The translations under genes were made by a program, and so were the position numbers. A stretch of DNA of 64,000 nucleotides, taken from NCBI GenBank assembly GCA_029717555.1, contig JAMDHS010000042.1:1-64000 (forward strand), in the 5' to 3' direction. The stretch comes from Peribolospora baueri (lineage: Eukaryota). Of this stretch, positions 24,855 to 36,842 are shown in pieces (position 1 is the stretch's first letter; every line of letters starts with the position of its first letter). The notes under the pieces were generated by a model, which made no database searches, was not told the origin of the DNA, and worked only from the letters and a program-made list of their open reading frames with translations.

Positions 24855-27449
24855 ATGGCCGTTCGCCGCGTGCCTGACGCGGGCCGCTCCGACGAGCGCG
24901 AGCCGCTCTTACCTTCTCCGGCGGTGGCCGCTTCCACCGATGCCAGCAGCAGCAGCTCTGCCGGCCCTTCTCATCGTCACGGTGACGGTAAAGGCGATGG
25001 CCGACAAGGGACGAAACGCCGACGTCAAGGACGGAGCGGCGGAGCTGTGGACGGCGGCACGAGGACGGCCACAACGCCGCTTCCCAGGTTTCAGCTGTTC
25101 GTCCTCGGACTGATGAGGTTCGGCGAGCCCATCTCGTTCACCTTCATCTTCCCTTTCATCAACGAGGTGAACTCTTTCGTTTGCGAGTGAACTGTTTTGG
25201 GAGCCGCGCGGAAGAGAGAGAACCTGGCTCGTCGCGCTTGGACCTTCCCGTCTTTGGTGCTTGAGCGGAGACGCGTGCTGACGTTCCTTGGCATCGCCTT
25301 GAATTCTTCAGATGGTCGTCGAGGTCGGCGTGACTCGAGACAAGGAGCAGGTTGGCTACTATGCCGGGATGATCGTGAGCCTCCTCGTTTTCTTCCCATG
25401 CCATGACCCCCCAAGAGCGGCCGGGGAACCAACTTTGACCCTTCGCACGTTCTCCTGTTCCAATTGTGCGCGCACCTTCGACCCTCGTAGGAGTCCATTT
25501 TTTCGCTCTGCCAGTTTGCCACCGTTCTCTTCTGGGGCCGCCTCTCGGATCGAGTGGGCCGTAAGCCGGTGCTGATCTCTGGTCTCTGCGGAGTCAGCGT
25601 ATCCGCGCTTCTGTTCGGTCTCAGCACCACGTTTTGGCAGATGGTGGTTGCGAGGTGTTTAGCTGGAGCGCTCAATGGAAACGTGGCGTGCGTAGATTTA
25701 GTTCGTTCCATCCAGGCACCTAGGGAAGCGCTCCTGTTTCTTTGATTTTGACATGAACCCTTTTGTCGATTTTTTTCCTGGCAAGGATAGCATCATCAAG
25801 AGCGTGGTCGGAGAGATTTGTGACAAGACCAACCGAGCCCGCAGTTTCGCTCTCTTGCCACTCTTCTTTGCTCTTGGCAGTACCATCGGGTGAGAGGTTT
25901 CAGTAGACCCTGGTTTTCGTTGCTGTACTTGCTGATAAAATTCGTTCGCAACTTTCCCCATGTGCTTTGCCTCATAGACCCATTATTGGAGGTTATTTGT
26001 CCCACCCCGTAGAACGGTATCCTGACATATTCGGTGGAATTTCGCTTTTTAAGAAATATCCTTATTTATTCCCCTGTCTGGTCTGTGCGGGCATCACTTG
26101 GATCTCCATCATCGTCGGCACTCTCTTCTTGGAGGAGGTGAGTGGAGAGAGGATATGCGCACGCAGGATGTTGGCTAGGCGACAACCTCCTCGTTGACTC
26201 TTGCGTGATGGCGCTACTTGTCCACTTTGTATCAAGTCCCTGGAACGGAAGAAGGTCAAAAAGCGGTTGGCGGCTCTCCCAGAGGAGCAGAGAGCGGAAG
26301 AAGCCGCTCAGGAAGGCTCAGCTTCTCAATCGCAACCTGGAACAACGTATGGCTCTGTGGCATCTCAGTATGGCGACCTCAACCTCGGCAAACGTCGACC
26401 GGCAATCCCGACTTCGAATAACGCGGATCCGGACTCCAGACCCCTTTTGACGAACGGGGTGGCGTCCAGCTCCACGCTGGCGACGGAAGCTGAGGAGATG
26501 ACCGGGGAAGTCTCTGCTCCGACGCCTGTCCCTTCGGCTCCGCCCTCGTTCGTCGAGATCCTTTCGGACCCTTTAACGCTGCGTGTCCTGCTCACTTATG
26601 CCCTTCTGGCTCTCAAGGCGGTCGCGCTCGAGGCAACGCTCGTGCTCTTCCTCTTCACCCCCATTCACTCCGGCGGACTCTCGTTCTCCGAATCGCAAAT
26701 CGGAACAGCTCTCGCCGTGTCGGGAGCTAGCACGATGCTCGTTCAGCTTTTCCTTTTTCCCCCTGCCCAGCAACTGCTCGGAACGGTGAGGTTGTATCGC
26801 CTCAGTCTGGGGCTGTACCCTCTCATCTGCTGTCTCTTGCCGTTCGCCAATGTCCTCGCGAAGAGGGGGAAGTTGGAGGAGGCCGAGTCAGTAAGCGGAC
26901 CTAGCGTTACGGTGATCGTGCTCGTGGGGTTGGTTCTTTTGCTTAAGACGATAGCGAACATGGCTTTCGGTGAGTTGGCACGAGCACACTGAGGTCTGGG
27001 GAGGCTCAAAAGGTCCTGTTAATGGACTGATTGACTGAGCGTTTCTTTTTCTTCATCGCCTCAGCTTGTAACATGATCGTGGTGAACCAGTGCGCACGGA
27101 CGGGCTCGAGCTTGGGCGCTATCAACGTATGCATCCTTGTTGTTATCGTAGTCTGCTCACCTACGCTCTTCCGCGCTCACCACCACTGCCCCTGTCGTTG
27201 TCCTTATCTGTCGACCATTCCATCGGCGAACAGGGCATAGCTCAAATGGTCGCCTCCGCAATGCGCTTCATTGGCCCAGGCGCAGCGTCCACGCTGTTCG
27301 CTCTGTCTGCGTCTCGACAGCTGCTCGGCGGTTACCTCATTTGGGTGTGCATGGTCCTCCTCGGTTTGGCTGCTACAGGCGTCAGCTGTACCTTGAGAGA
27401 AAGGGATGGGGACGACGAGGAAGAGGAGCGTGAGCAGGAGCGGATGTAA
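24855..27449 (+). CDS. Major facilitator superfamily transporter (12-TM, DHA1/ZIF1-like), about 8 exons
   Basis: EPISFTFIFPFINEMV, VGYYAGMIES, WGRLSDRVGRKPV (MFS motif A), RCLAGALNGNV, GPIIGGYL, YPYLFPC, SLGAINGIAQ. Confidence 0.88.
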
Positions 27450-27774
27450 GGCGAGCACGAAAGCGAACGCTCAACGCGAGGCATGGCGAACGACGCGTAC
27501 GCAGAGGCTGGAATCCAGATAGTCCCTGTATCATCTTTGCACCTCCTGTCGCCTTCTAGGCGCGAGTCGTAAGGACTGGATCCTTTCATTCCTGGTGCAG
27601 CAGAATTTCTCGTACGGCGAAGCCCATTTTGATTTGACAACTATTCACAAATCACTACGAAGCTAATCCCCAAATGGAAAGGTAATTGCGCGAGTCCACA
27701 GGAGAGATACGGTCGAGTGCCTCCAGGGGCCAAGAAAGAAAAATTGTTGAACCTCCGGGAAGGATAGAATTCCC

Positions 27775-29798
27775 CTATTCAGTCTTCTTTCGAGCCCAGC
27801 AATACACCAAACGAAAAACGACAGGAGACGCGAGATTCTCCAGCTCTCCATGCACACGATGAAGGAAGTCCGTAATGCTGTTGAAAGAGACTACAGCGTT
27901 AAGTGCCACTTCATGGACTAACATTGTATATCGCGGAGGTGACACTCACTATGCTTCATCATGTCCCTTGTCCACAAGGTCAGGCCTAGAGAAGGAGATG
28001 AGCGTGCCATTCCTCCTTCTGCTTTCATGGACACATGAGCCCCACTCGCCTGGCCAAGTCGATGATCATCCCAAAGTCCTTGGCAAACTGCATGCGCCCA
28101 TCTCCTTCAACACAGGGTCTTGGGGGCAAGCAAAAAAGGCTTGGCAGTGATCAACGGCTTTTTTCCCGATGGAAAGCTGCGGGAGACGTTATGGCACTTA
28201 CCTGTCGACCACGCTCCCACAGGGACATCGAGAAAGTCAAAGCCGACGTCGGCCAAATCTGCATGGTCCCGTAGAAGCTGAACGAGCTGGTTTCCCTGTA
28301 CGTTAATAGAACGACGCGCCCGACGGCGGGCACATACAGACAGAGTGAGTAGATCTACCTCTTTCCTTCACAAGGCGCAGCTGGAGCAAAGCTTACTCCA
28401 TAGAAGCGAGCGCCCTTTGCTTCGGCGCGACGCTGGAAGATGTCCCACCAGGCAGACACGCCGAATGCGTTCCCTCCTCCTCGCACACTGGAGCCCGTCT
28501 TCACACAGGTAATACTAAGCTTTATCTTCTTGCTCTTTAGGGTCGAACTGCAGCGAACAGGGTTCAAAGGCGAGCAACAAACCACCGGGCGCCAAGGCGC
28601 CGATGACGCCATCGACGTACTGGGACCAGTCGCTGACCCCGAGACTGTCCTTCCCGCCAGAGAGACAGTGTGAGTTTCTGCTTCGTCGAACGCGAACATG
28701 AAATCTTTTCGTGCGCGGTTTGAAACGCTCACGTTACAGCTCGTGAGTGGATCAGGTCATAGCGATCGCGTCTGTGCCGCTTGAAAATGAAGAAGGGGAG
28801 GGGGGAGAGCAGCGAATAGAGACGTCAGCGTGACAATGAGAACGGCGCGTACAGGTTTCGATAAGGAAACTGAGAAGGCATTATATGGCTTACCCAAGAC
28901 TTGTTCAGATCATCCATCTCGAACGTCACGTTGGGGGAATGCCAGGGGGGTGTACAGGGCCGAGGTCAATGCCGGTGACCTCGGCGTGTGGAAACTCGCG
29001 TCCCTGGCCGACGAGAAGCAAGTGGTGGTGTTATGTCCACGTACGACACACGAGACGACGGGAGGAACAGCACTTGCCATTTCGGTCGCCCAGATGCCGG
29101 ATCCGGTCCCTACGTCGAGGACTGCATGGGAGCAACCCGCCCGGAGATCAACGTCAGCGTCTCGAGAGCTGTTCATGTTTCGAATAATAAGAGAAACGAT
29201 GGACAGACTCTTCCTGCGCCGGTCAGGCACGTCCGTCAGCACGTCATGAACAGGTGCCTTGACATGATAGTTGCGACCGCCGAGCACCTTCTATATGAGT
29301 TGGAAGGAGGAAAAAAAAACGAAGGCGACTTGTGTTCATCACGAGAAGGCGTGCCAGCCAAGGTTAGATGGCCGACGGCGACGTACTTGCAAGAGCTTGA
29401 CGTTCCGGAGGGGCAAGGTAAGCACGCAACTGCGGTCAGAGCGAAGGCCGCCGCTCTCCCGCTCGGGTCAGATCCGTTGACGTATCTGGTGCTGCAAACC
29501 AAGCCGTGTGTTTTCCCGTTCGTCAGGGCAAAGGCCAGCAGAGGTCCTGTCTTGCGGCACACCTAGCGGAGGCTCGCCAAGAGGAGTCGGCCAGCGCAGG
29601 AACCAGGGCAGAGAGAGAGGAGACGAAGAGGGATACGCTTCTAGTTGTGGCGGCCCAGGTTGGGGTGATGAAGACGACCGATTGCATTGCTCCCATCCGG
29701 CCTCGCAAGGGCAGCAAAGACGACACATACGTAGCTCGTCTGACTTAGCGACGCACAACTGGGCTGCTGGCTCCACCTTGTTCGCTCGCAAGGTTCAT
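27775..29798 (-). pseudogene. Class I SAM-dependent methyltransferase (LaeA-like/Methyltransf_23 type) with several disabling lesions; 5' end uncertain
   Basis: Reconstructed motifs LP-DERENTRLGLQHQ, ILDVGTGSGIWATEMGREFPHAEVTGIDL, NVTFEMDDL, YDLIHSR, LAPGGLLLAFE, VPVGAWS, YCWARKKTE*. Joining them needs frameshifts at ~29525, 28933-28937 and ~28095, and an ATACGT in place of a GTACGT donor at 29485. Confidence 0.8.
28451..28515 (+). repeat. 65-bp dispersed direct repeat, copy 2 (inside the methyltransferase pseudogene)
   Basis: Identical to 12451-12515; flanks differ on both sides. Confidence 0.97.
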
Positions 29799-30292
29799 AT
29801 CGACCGGGCAAACGTAATCAGTATCAGTACGGCGCTGCGGTAGACGTGCTGCGGCGCCGATACCGACTCATAAGGTGATTTTAAATGGTTGTATGTGGAT
29901 TTGCGCGATCGCCTTCGCAATCGGCCGCCCGGCGTCGCCGGCTTAACTAAGGATCCCGCACGACCACCAACGCCCGCCATTGCGCCGCCCAGCCCAGCAA
30001 AGCAGCAGCTGAGCAAGGGGGACCAGCAAACAAGGACGGCAGACAGACAGAAGGTAGACGGTAGACCGAAGGCGACGCCAGAGAACTTGGACGGGCCACT
30101 GGCATGTCAGGCCGCACCAGGACGTCGCTCGAGGAGGTGAGTCGCACGCTGATGAGGTCGGTGTTATTAGGGTAGCTCGACTCCACGCGCCTCGTGCGTC
30201 CGTCGCTCTTCGTCCTGGAGAACCACGTCGGTCCCTCTTCCCCCTCCCACCACTCCTCCTCCCCTCCTCGCCCTTCACCGCCACCACCACGT

Positions 30293-33126
30293 ATGCGCTC
30301 CAAGGCGAGAAAGCTGCGCAAATCCTTCGTCCGATCCCTGCGAGCGTCCGACGGGCACACCGACGCCCTGCCGTCCGCCGACGCTAGTGCCGGGGCGGCG
30401 GAGGAGGGCCATTCCTCGATCGCCTCCGACGACACGGGCAGCGTCGATGGGGGGTCGAGCAGCGGGCACGGCAGTAGGATGAGTGCGGACGACGAGGTGG
30501 ACGGAGGCGGGGATGATGCAAGTGGCAGCGATCGCAGCAGCCTCACTGTCGGCGTCGGTCGTCGAGGAGACGGCGGCGGAGCGCACGGGAAAGGAGTTGC
30601 GCCGGGAGGGGAGCAAGGCGATGGTCGTGACCGGACTTGGAAAGTGGTTCGAAAGCTCGGCGCTCGGTCCCCTCCTGACTCTCCTTCTTCTCCCCGCTCT
30701 TCCCGCAATTCCACCACCACCGCCCCCCTCTCTTCCCCTCGCCCCTTCTCCCCTTCCTCACTCCCCTTTTCCGATCCCACCGATAACGTGGCCGTCGCCG
30801 AATTCCTCAACCAGCAAGCAAACGCGCTTGTCGCCAGCGCCCTCGGCATCAAGCAGTCCGAGCTCGGCAGGGACAAGGAGCTCGCCTCCGCTTCCGCTTC
30901 CACTTCCACTTCCACTTCCACCTCTGCCTCCGCCGGCGCGTCGGGCAGTGGCGGTGGTGGTGGAGGATGGCGTAGCCGCTCCGGCCATCGCAAGACGCCG
31001 AGCATCACCTTCAACGGCCAGGATGCGAATTCTGGAGACGAGGGTCAAGGAGGCGGCGGCGGGGCGATGAAGGTGCTCTCGTCGCTGAAGAGGAGCGAGT
31101 CCAAGGACAAGGACAAGGAGGATACCCCGCAGCAGAGGGGCAGGGCTCGAGGTAGCAGCTTCGGGCGCGCGCGCAGTCTCTCACCCTGGGGTCGTCTCCG
31201 CAAGGCGGGCAGCGTCGAGGCACTCCGCAAGACGGACGCCGAGAGCGACGCCGAGTCGGACGTGGACGGCGGCGCGGGCTCCAAGTCTGCGCGCATTCGT
31301 CCCAAGAACAATGCGTTCGACGAGGTGACCAGCGACCTAGACTCGTCTGAGAACGGCTCGGACAGCGACGTGGACGAGGACGAAGAGGAGGAGGATCTGT
31401 CCTCGGACGATTCCCTGCTCCTGCTCAACACCGACCTCAACGCCTCTTCCACGCCTCTTGAGCTCATCGACGAGCCGATCGACTACAACCTGGACGAGGA
31501 GGCGCCCAACGTCGTAGTCGCCGATGAGGGGCCCTTTCCCGGCAGCACTATGGCACAGTCCAGCCGCGTCGGGAGCGCCGGAGGAGTGAGCACGGTGGGC
31601 GGAGACGCACCGCCCGCGGGTTCTCTCGCCGCTTCGCCGGCTGGCACGGCGCAGAGAAGGGGCAAGAAGCAGACGATGGGCGACGGCCTGACGCTCCACA
31701 CCGAACGCCCCGTCTTTGAGCGCAATCGATGTACCGTCACGCTCATACACGGCGATTACAACAAGGCCGTGGAGGAGAGCAAACGACCGAGGAGGTATAT
31801 TGTTGCCAGCGACGGATCTGAGTGAGTGCTTTCTGCCCCTCCTCCGTCTCCCTGTCTTTCTTTTTCTTCACGTTCCAATGGCTTGCTCGTGTTGACGTAC
31901 GACTTCTGCGCCCGTGATCGTCATCTACCTTGTCTCCTATCGTCATGTACCCGCACCTCCCCTTGCGCTCGCCCAGAGAATCGTCCTATGCCGTGGAGTG
32001 GTGCATCGGCACCGTGTTGCGGGACGGGGATGAGACGTTGATCGTTTCAGTTATCGAGACGGACACCAAGCGTGCGTTCTGCCCTTCTCTATCGTCCGTG
32101 CCTGCTCTTCCGACAAGTGATGGACCTCTCTTCGTTCTGACATACACACTTGGTTCGCTCTTTTTTGTCTTCTTTGCCCGCTCTCTTTGGCCAACAGTGG
32201 ACGTCTCTGACCCGTCCTCCGAGGACAAGAGCCAACGGTTGCGGAATCAGAAAGATGTGAGTGTCGGACGATCTCTTTTGCAGACGTGCTCATCATGTCT
32301 CATGGTCCAATCGTCCTCATCCACCTCTATGGCCTCGTTACGCCTCCACAGCGCCAAGCCAAAGCCCTCATTCTGGCGCGCCAAGCGACCGGACTGCTTC
32401 AGCGGACTAAGCTGCATGTCAAGATCATCTGTCAAGCCTTGCACGCCAAGAACGCGAGGCATATGCTTCTCGACATGATCGACTTTCTCGAGCCTACCAT
32501 GGTGCGTATCCTTTCTCGTCTCTCTCTCCCGCGTCGAAGGGCAACGGGGGCGGAAAGGACGACTCATCGCGCACTCTTTGTTTTGCTCGCACCGTTCAGG
32601 TCATCGTCGGCTCGCGAGGCCTGGGCGCGCTCAAAGGCATCTTGTTGGGTAGCACGAGTCACTACTTGGTGCAGAAGAGCAGCGTGCGTGGCCGTCCATC
32701 CATCCGCGTCTATCTTTACCATCGGCTCGGTTTCTCGAGCGGACGAAACACACGCTGGAGTTGACACTGACGACCCGCCCTCCCGAACTGCTTCTTCTGT
32801 TCCAGTGCCCCGTCATGGTCGCTCGTCGTCGCCTCAAACGTCCCCAGAAGATCCGCGGCCGAGCTGAGGTGGTGCGAGCGGTGCGCCAGAGCCAGACGAC
32901 GCTCGCCCAGGCGGGGATCGAGAAGGTGAGCGCGTCGGGCGACGGCGAGACGGTGGAGATTGACGATTCGGAGGACCCGGAGCTCAAGATGGCGAAGGCG
33001 AGGAAGGATAAGGAGGAGAAGGAGACGGGGAAGATAGACAGGGCGGCCGACGTTGGTGAGGCGGGTGAGAAGAAGGCGAAGGCTCAAGAGAAAGGAAAGG
33101 ACGTAGAGGAGGAGGCCAAGAGGTAG
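30293..33126 (+). CDS. Universal stress protein (USP)-domain protein with long Ser/Gly/Asp-rich disordered N-terminus, about 6 exons
   Basis: RYIVASDGSEESSYAVEWCIGTVLRDGD, HMLLDMIDFLEPTMVIVGSRGLGALKGILLGSTSHYLVQKSSCPVMV. Confidence 0.87.
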
Positions 33127-33489
33127 AAGGAAGGATGACCTAAGGAGGAGGTGGAAGTGTCTTTCTTTTGGTCGTCACCTGTCTAGACGAGTCGAGTGCC
33201 CAAGCGTGGCGTCCGCCGCTGCCGGCGTGCCGTCTGCGTTGGCCCTCCCTCTGCTTTTACCCTCCTGCCACCTGTCCTCCACTTCTCTTTGTCAGCCCCT
33301 AGGGCGCACCATTGCCGTCACCATCGATCCTGTCTGTACATTTATCTGCCCTGGCTGCTCGAAGGACTTATCTGCGCCGGACGCCGACGCCGTCATGGCG
33401 GTCATCAATCACCGCAGCCCCGATCATCGCAATCGATAATGATATATGAGGGGCGCAGGCAATCTTCCCCTAGGGTCGATCGCCCAACC

Positions 33490-35817
33490 ATGTCCCAGCT
33501 ACAGAAAGATTTTCTCAAAGCCAAGTTATCTAAGCTCCCTCACTTGCCACCTCTCCCCGCCGGCGCGGACGACGACGCGGACGAAGAGGTGGACGAGGAA
33601 GAGGAGGCGAGGGACAGCTTCCCCGGTGTCGGAGAAGTCGGTGCGTCGAGCGCTCGACCCCCGAGGAATGGTGGGATGGGCCCGCCAACGTCGCGGTGAG
33701 TGGCATGAGTCTCTCTTCCTCATCGAGACATTGATGTGTGGAGAGGATATCGACTCTGATCAGCAGCATAGTGCTGATCAGCAGCATAGTGCTGAGCGAG
33801 ACCACCCCTCCACTCATCGCTTTCGTCCGATCCTCCCCATCTTCGTCTCATCTCGTGCACTGCCAGCCCGCCGCGGCAGAGGAAGACAAGGGATTACAGC
33901 CCGCTGTCGGCAGACGGCTACTTTGAACAAGCTCTCGAGCTCGTCATCGGACCCCCGTCCCCCGCTTCCGCCTCGGTCTCCGCGGGACTTGACTCCCCGA
34001 CCTCTTCGTCGGCCGCGCCCACCTTTCGCGTCTACTACACGCCTCCCCTGGTCCCAGACGACGCCTCAGACACCGCCTCGGACGACGACGACGGCAGCGG
34101 GCCGAACCGAGGCACCGTGTTTGTCTTACACCACGGCGCCGGGTATTCTGGTCTAAGCTTCGCCTGCGCCGCTAAAGAGATCACTCAACAGAGCAAGGGA
34201 GAGGTTGGCGTGATGAGCTTTGACGCCCGAGGTCATGGTGAGTCTAGTCTGTCTGCCTCCTTCGCCCGTGCCACGTTCGCTCGTCCGTCCCGTACGTGTG
34301 CAGCCGGAAAGTTGAACGCCCAGAAGCCTTCTTTTTTTCTTTTCTTTTTTTTTTGTGCGACGAACCACGTAGGTAAAACTCGCCTCCCCCCAGATTCCTC
34401 CTCCTCAGAGTCAGGTGCCCCAGACATGTCCCTCTCGACGCTTGCTGGCGACCTCGTCTCCGTTCTTTCCACCATGTACCCCAACCGCTCTCAATGTCCC
34501 GACCTGGTGCTTATCGGACACAGCATGGGTGGTGCGGTGGTAGCTGAGGCGGTGGGAGAGGTGCAGAGGAGGGTGGGCAATGTGGTCGGCCTGGCAGTTT
34601 TGGATGTCGTGGAGGGTTAGTTGGTCGCGGGCGTTTCAAGGTCTTCGCTGGGGGGGCGGAAGGGCGGGTGTTATTTCAAAGCCGTCGAGGATGACTGAGA
34701 ACCCTTGGTATTGGACTATCTCACAGGCTCGGCGATGGATGCGCTGCAAGGCATGATCGGTCTCGTCAACAGCCAGCCGAAAGGATTTGACTCGCTGGAG
34801 GAGGCTATCGAGTGGCAGTGAGCATCCAGCTGCGCCGGTTCTGGATTACTCTCCTCCTTCTCTTGCACGAGCACCACCACAGAGTCGTGGAGCTCACGTT
34901 ACCACCCTCCGTCTTTTCTCAAGTATCCGGACGGGCACGCTGCGCAACCTCGAATCGGCACGCATCTCCGTTCCCCCCCTCCTCACCCATCGAGATCTGT
35001 CGACCGAAGACGCAGCAAAGGGCGAAGAGGCGCGGCGACAAAAAGAGGACGAGGAGGAGATGGAGATGCTAGAAGGCGAAGACTCCCGGGGCGATGCGCC
35101 GACGAGAAGGTTCGAGTGGGAGTGGACGGCCGATTTGGCGGCGACAGAGCCGTATTGGACGGGTGAGCGGATCGTTTGTGGAAGGCGGTCAATTCCAACC
35201 TCCAACCGTCGTGCAGCGCTCACCCCTAGCTTCTCTCTTTCGAACGGACACGTTTCAGGATGGTTCTCTGGCCTCTCCTCCAAATTCTTGGCGGCAAAGA
35301 CGGCCAGGCTGCTGTTGCTGGCAGGGACAGATCGGCTGGACCGGGAGCTGACGATAGCTCAAATGCAAGGTAAGCTGAACCCCGTTCGAGTTTCGCGTGT
35401 GGGTCTCACTTTTCGGACACGGCATGGTTTTCTAACGAAATGCGTGTCTGCGATCCTCTGCCTTTCGGATCCCGTCTCTTTTAATAACGTCCGATCGGCG
35501 ACTGGCTTTAAGGCAAATACCAGCTCGTCGTCTTCCCAGAGGTCGGACATTGCCTCCAAGAGGTGAGCGCCGCGTCGCTATTCCATCATGGTCGCCCTTC
35601 AAGCGCCTTCCGCGGCATTTCGGGCGGCGTGATGAACAGGCGTCGACGATGCGGGTCGCCCACGTCCGATCCGATCTCTTACATTCCCCCCCTCTCTTCA
35701 CGGCGACTCCAGGATGCACCTGACAAGACGGCCGAGACGCTACTTGCCTTCTGGCGACGCAACGAGCGCCTGTACGTCAAGGGCATCAAAAACCTACGCA
35801 AGGTTGGGCAGATGTGA
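33490..35817 (+). CDS. PPE1: Protein phosphatase 2A methylesterase 1 (PME-1), about 8 exons
   Basis: [17 protein letters not shown], nucleophile [75 protein letters not shown]. Confidence 0.93.
33756..33791. repeat. 18-bp tandem duplication (CTGATCAGCAGCATAGTG x2) in PPE1 intron 1
   Basis: Two perfect adjacent copies. Confidence 0.9.
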
Positions 35818-36842
35818 GGGTTCTTCCGACGAAAGGCACGGTTTACAAGGTCCTAGAGGCGCCGGTGCGCATAGCACAGCGATCGGATGTTGAGTCGAGC
35901 ACGACTGCGCGGCCTCCTTCCCCCCACCCCAGCCCAGCCCATTGTCTAGCTTGCCAAAAGGTCGCTTCCATCGGTGAGCGTGAGCCCCGCCCGGGCCTGC
36001 CTCGCTCGGCCTTCTGGGTCGCCCGCCTGGGGGCGGTGCGGTGCGGTGCGTGCGGAAGAAACGGGACTGGGAATTCCTCCAAAGTCAAAGAGAGGCAAAG
36101 CGGCGGAACGGCACGTTGTGGGCGAATATAGATTACCTCACAAAAGCCCCTGGGGGACGGCCGAGCAAAAATAAGCATGTAGCTGGCAAGAAAAGCGTAG
36201 ATAGATAGAACGGAAATGAACGGACGGAGGAGCTAGCAGGTTTTTTCGAGACTGCTGGTGCTACGTAGAACCACGAATGAGAATGAGAAAAGTGCAAGTG
36301 AAAAAAAAATAAGACGTCGTTCATCTTGCAAACAAAAAAAAAAGAAAAAGGCGAGTCCGTGTGCGGTCGGCAGCAGGTATCGATCGGCCCGTCAAACGAA
36401 GACAAGGCAAAGCCCAAAAAAGGTGAGTGAAGGGCAAAAAAGTGCTATCGGAACGTTGAAAGTCACCGCGGATGGAAAGAAGAGCGAGCGCAGCGGCGGC
36501 AGAGGTGCGAGCGAGGTATACGCCTGCTATTTGGGGCCAAGACAGGGCGGGGCGAACGGAAGTGACGAGGTGACCGTGGAGAAGGGAGCGAGATTGAAAA
36601 GGATCGATGATGGTGAAGCGAGTAAATCATCCGGAAAAGTGCAAATCCAAGCCATGCATTGGACACAGGTGACGAGCTGACCCATTGGACGATGAAGCTC
36701 AGCCGTGAAGGGCGGATGGCGATGAACGGGGGCAGGAGGGGGGGGGATCACGTCGAGTAGGGAAGGGAAGCGGGCAGATCGGCGCACGGGGGCCGTAGCG
36801 TAGCGTAGCGAAAGGGGGCGACGTAGGGCAGGCAGGTCGTGT

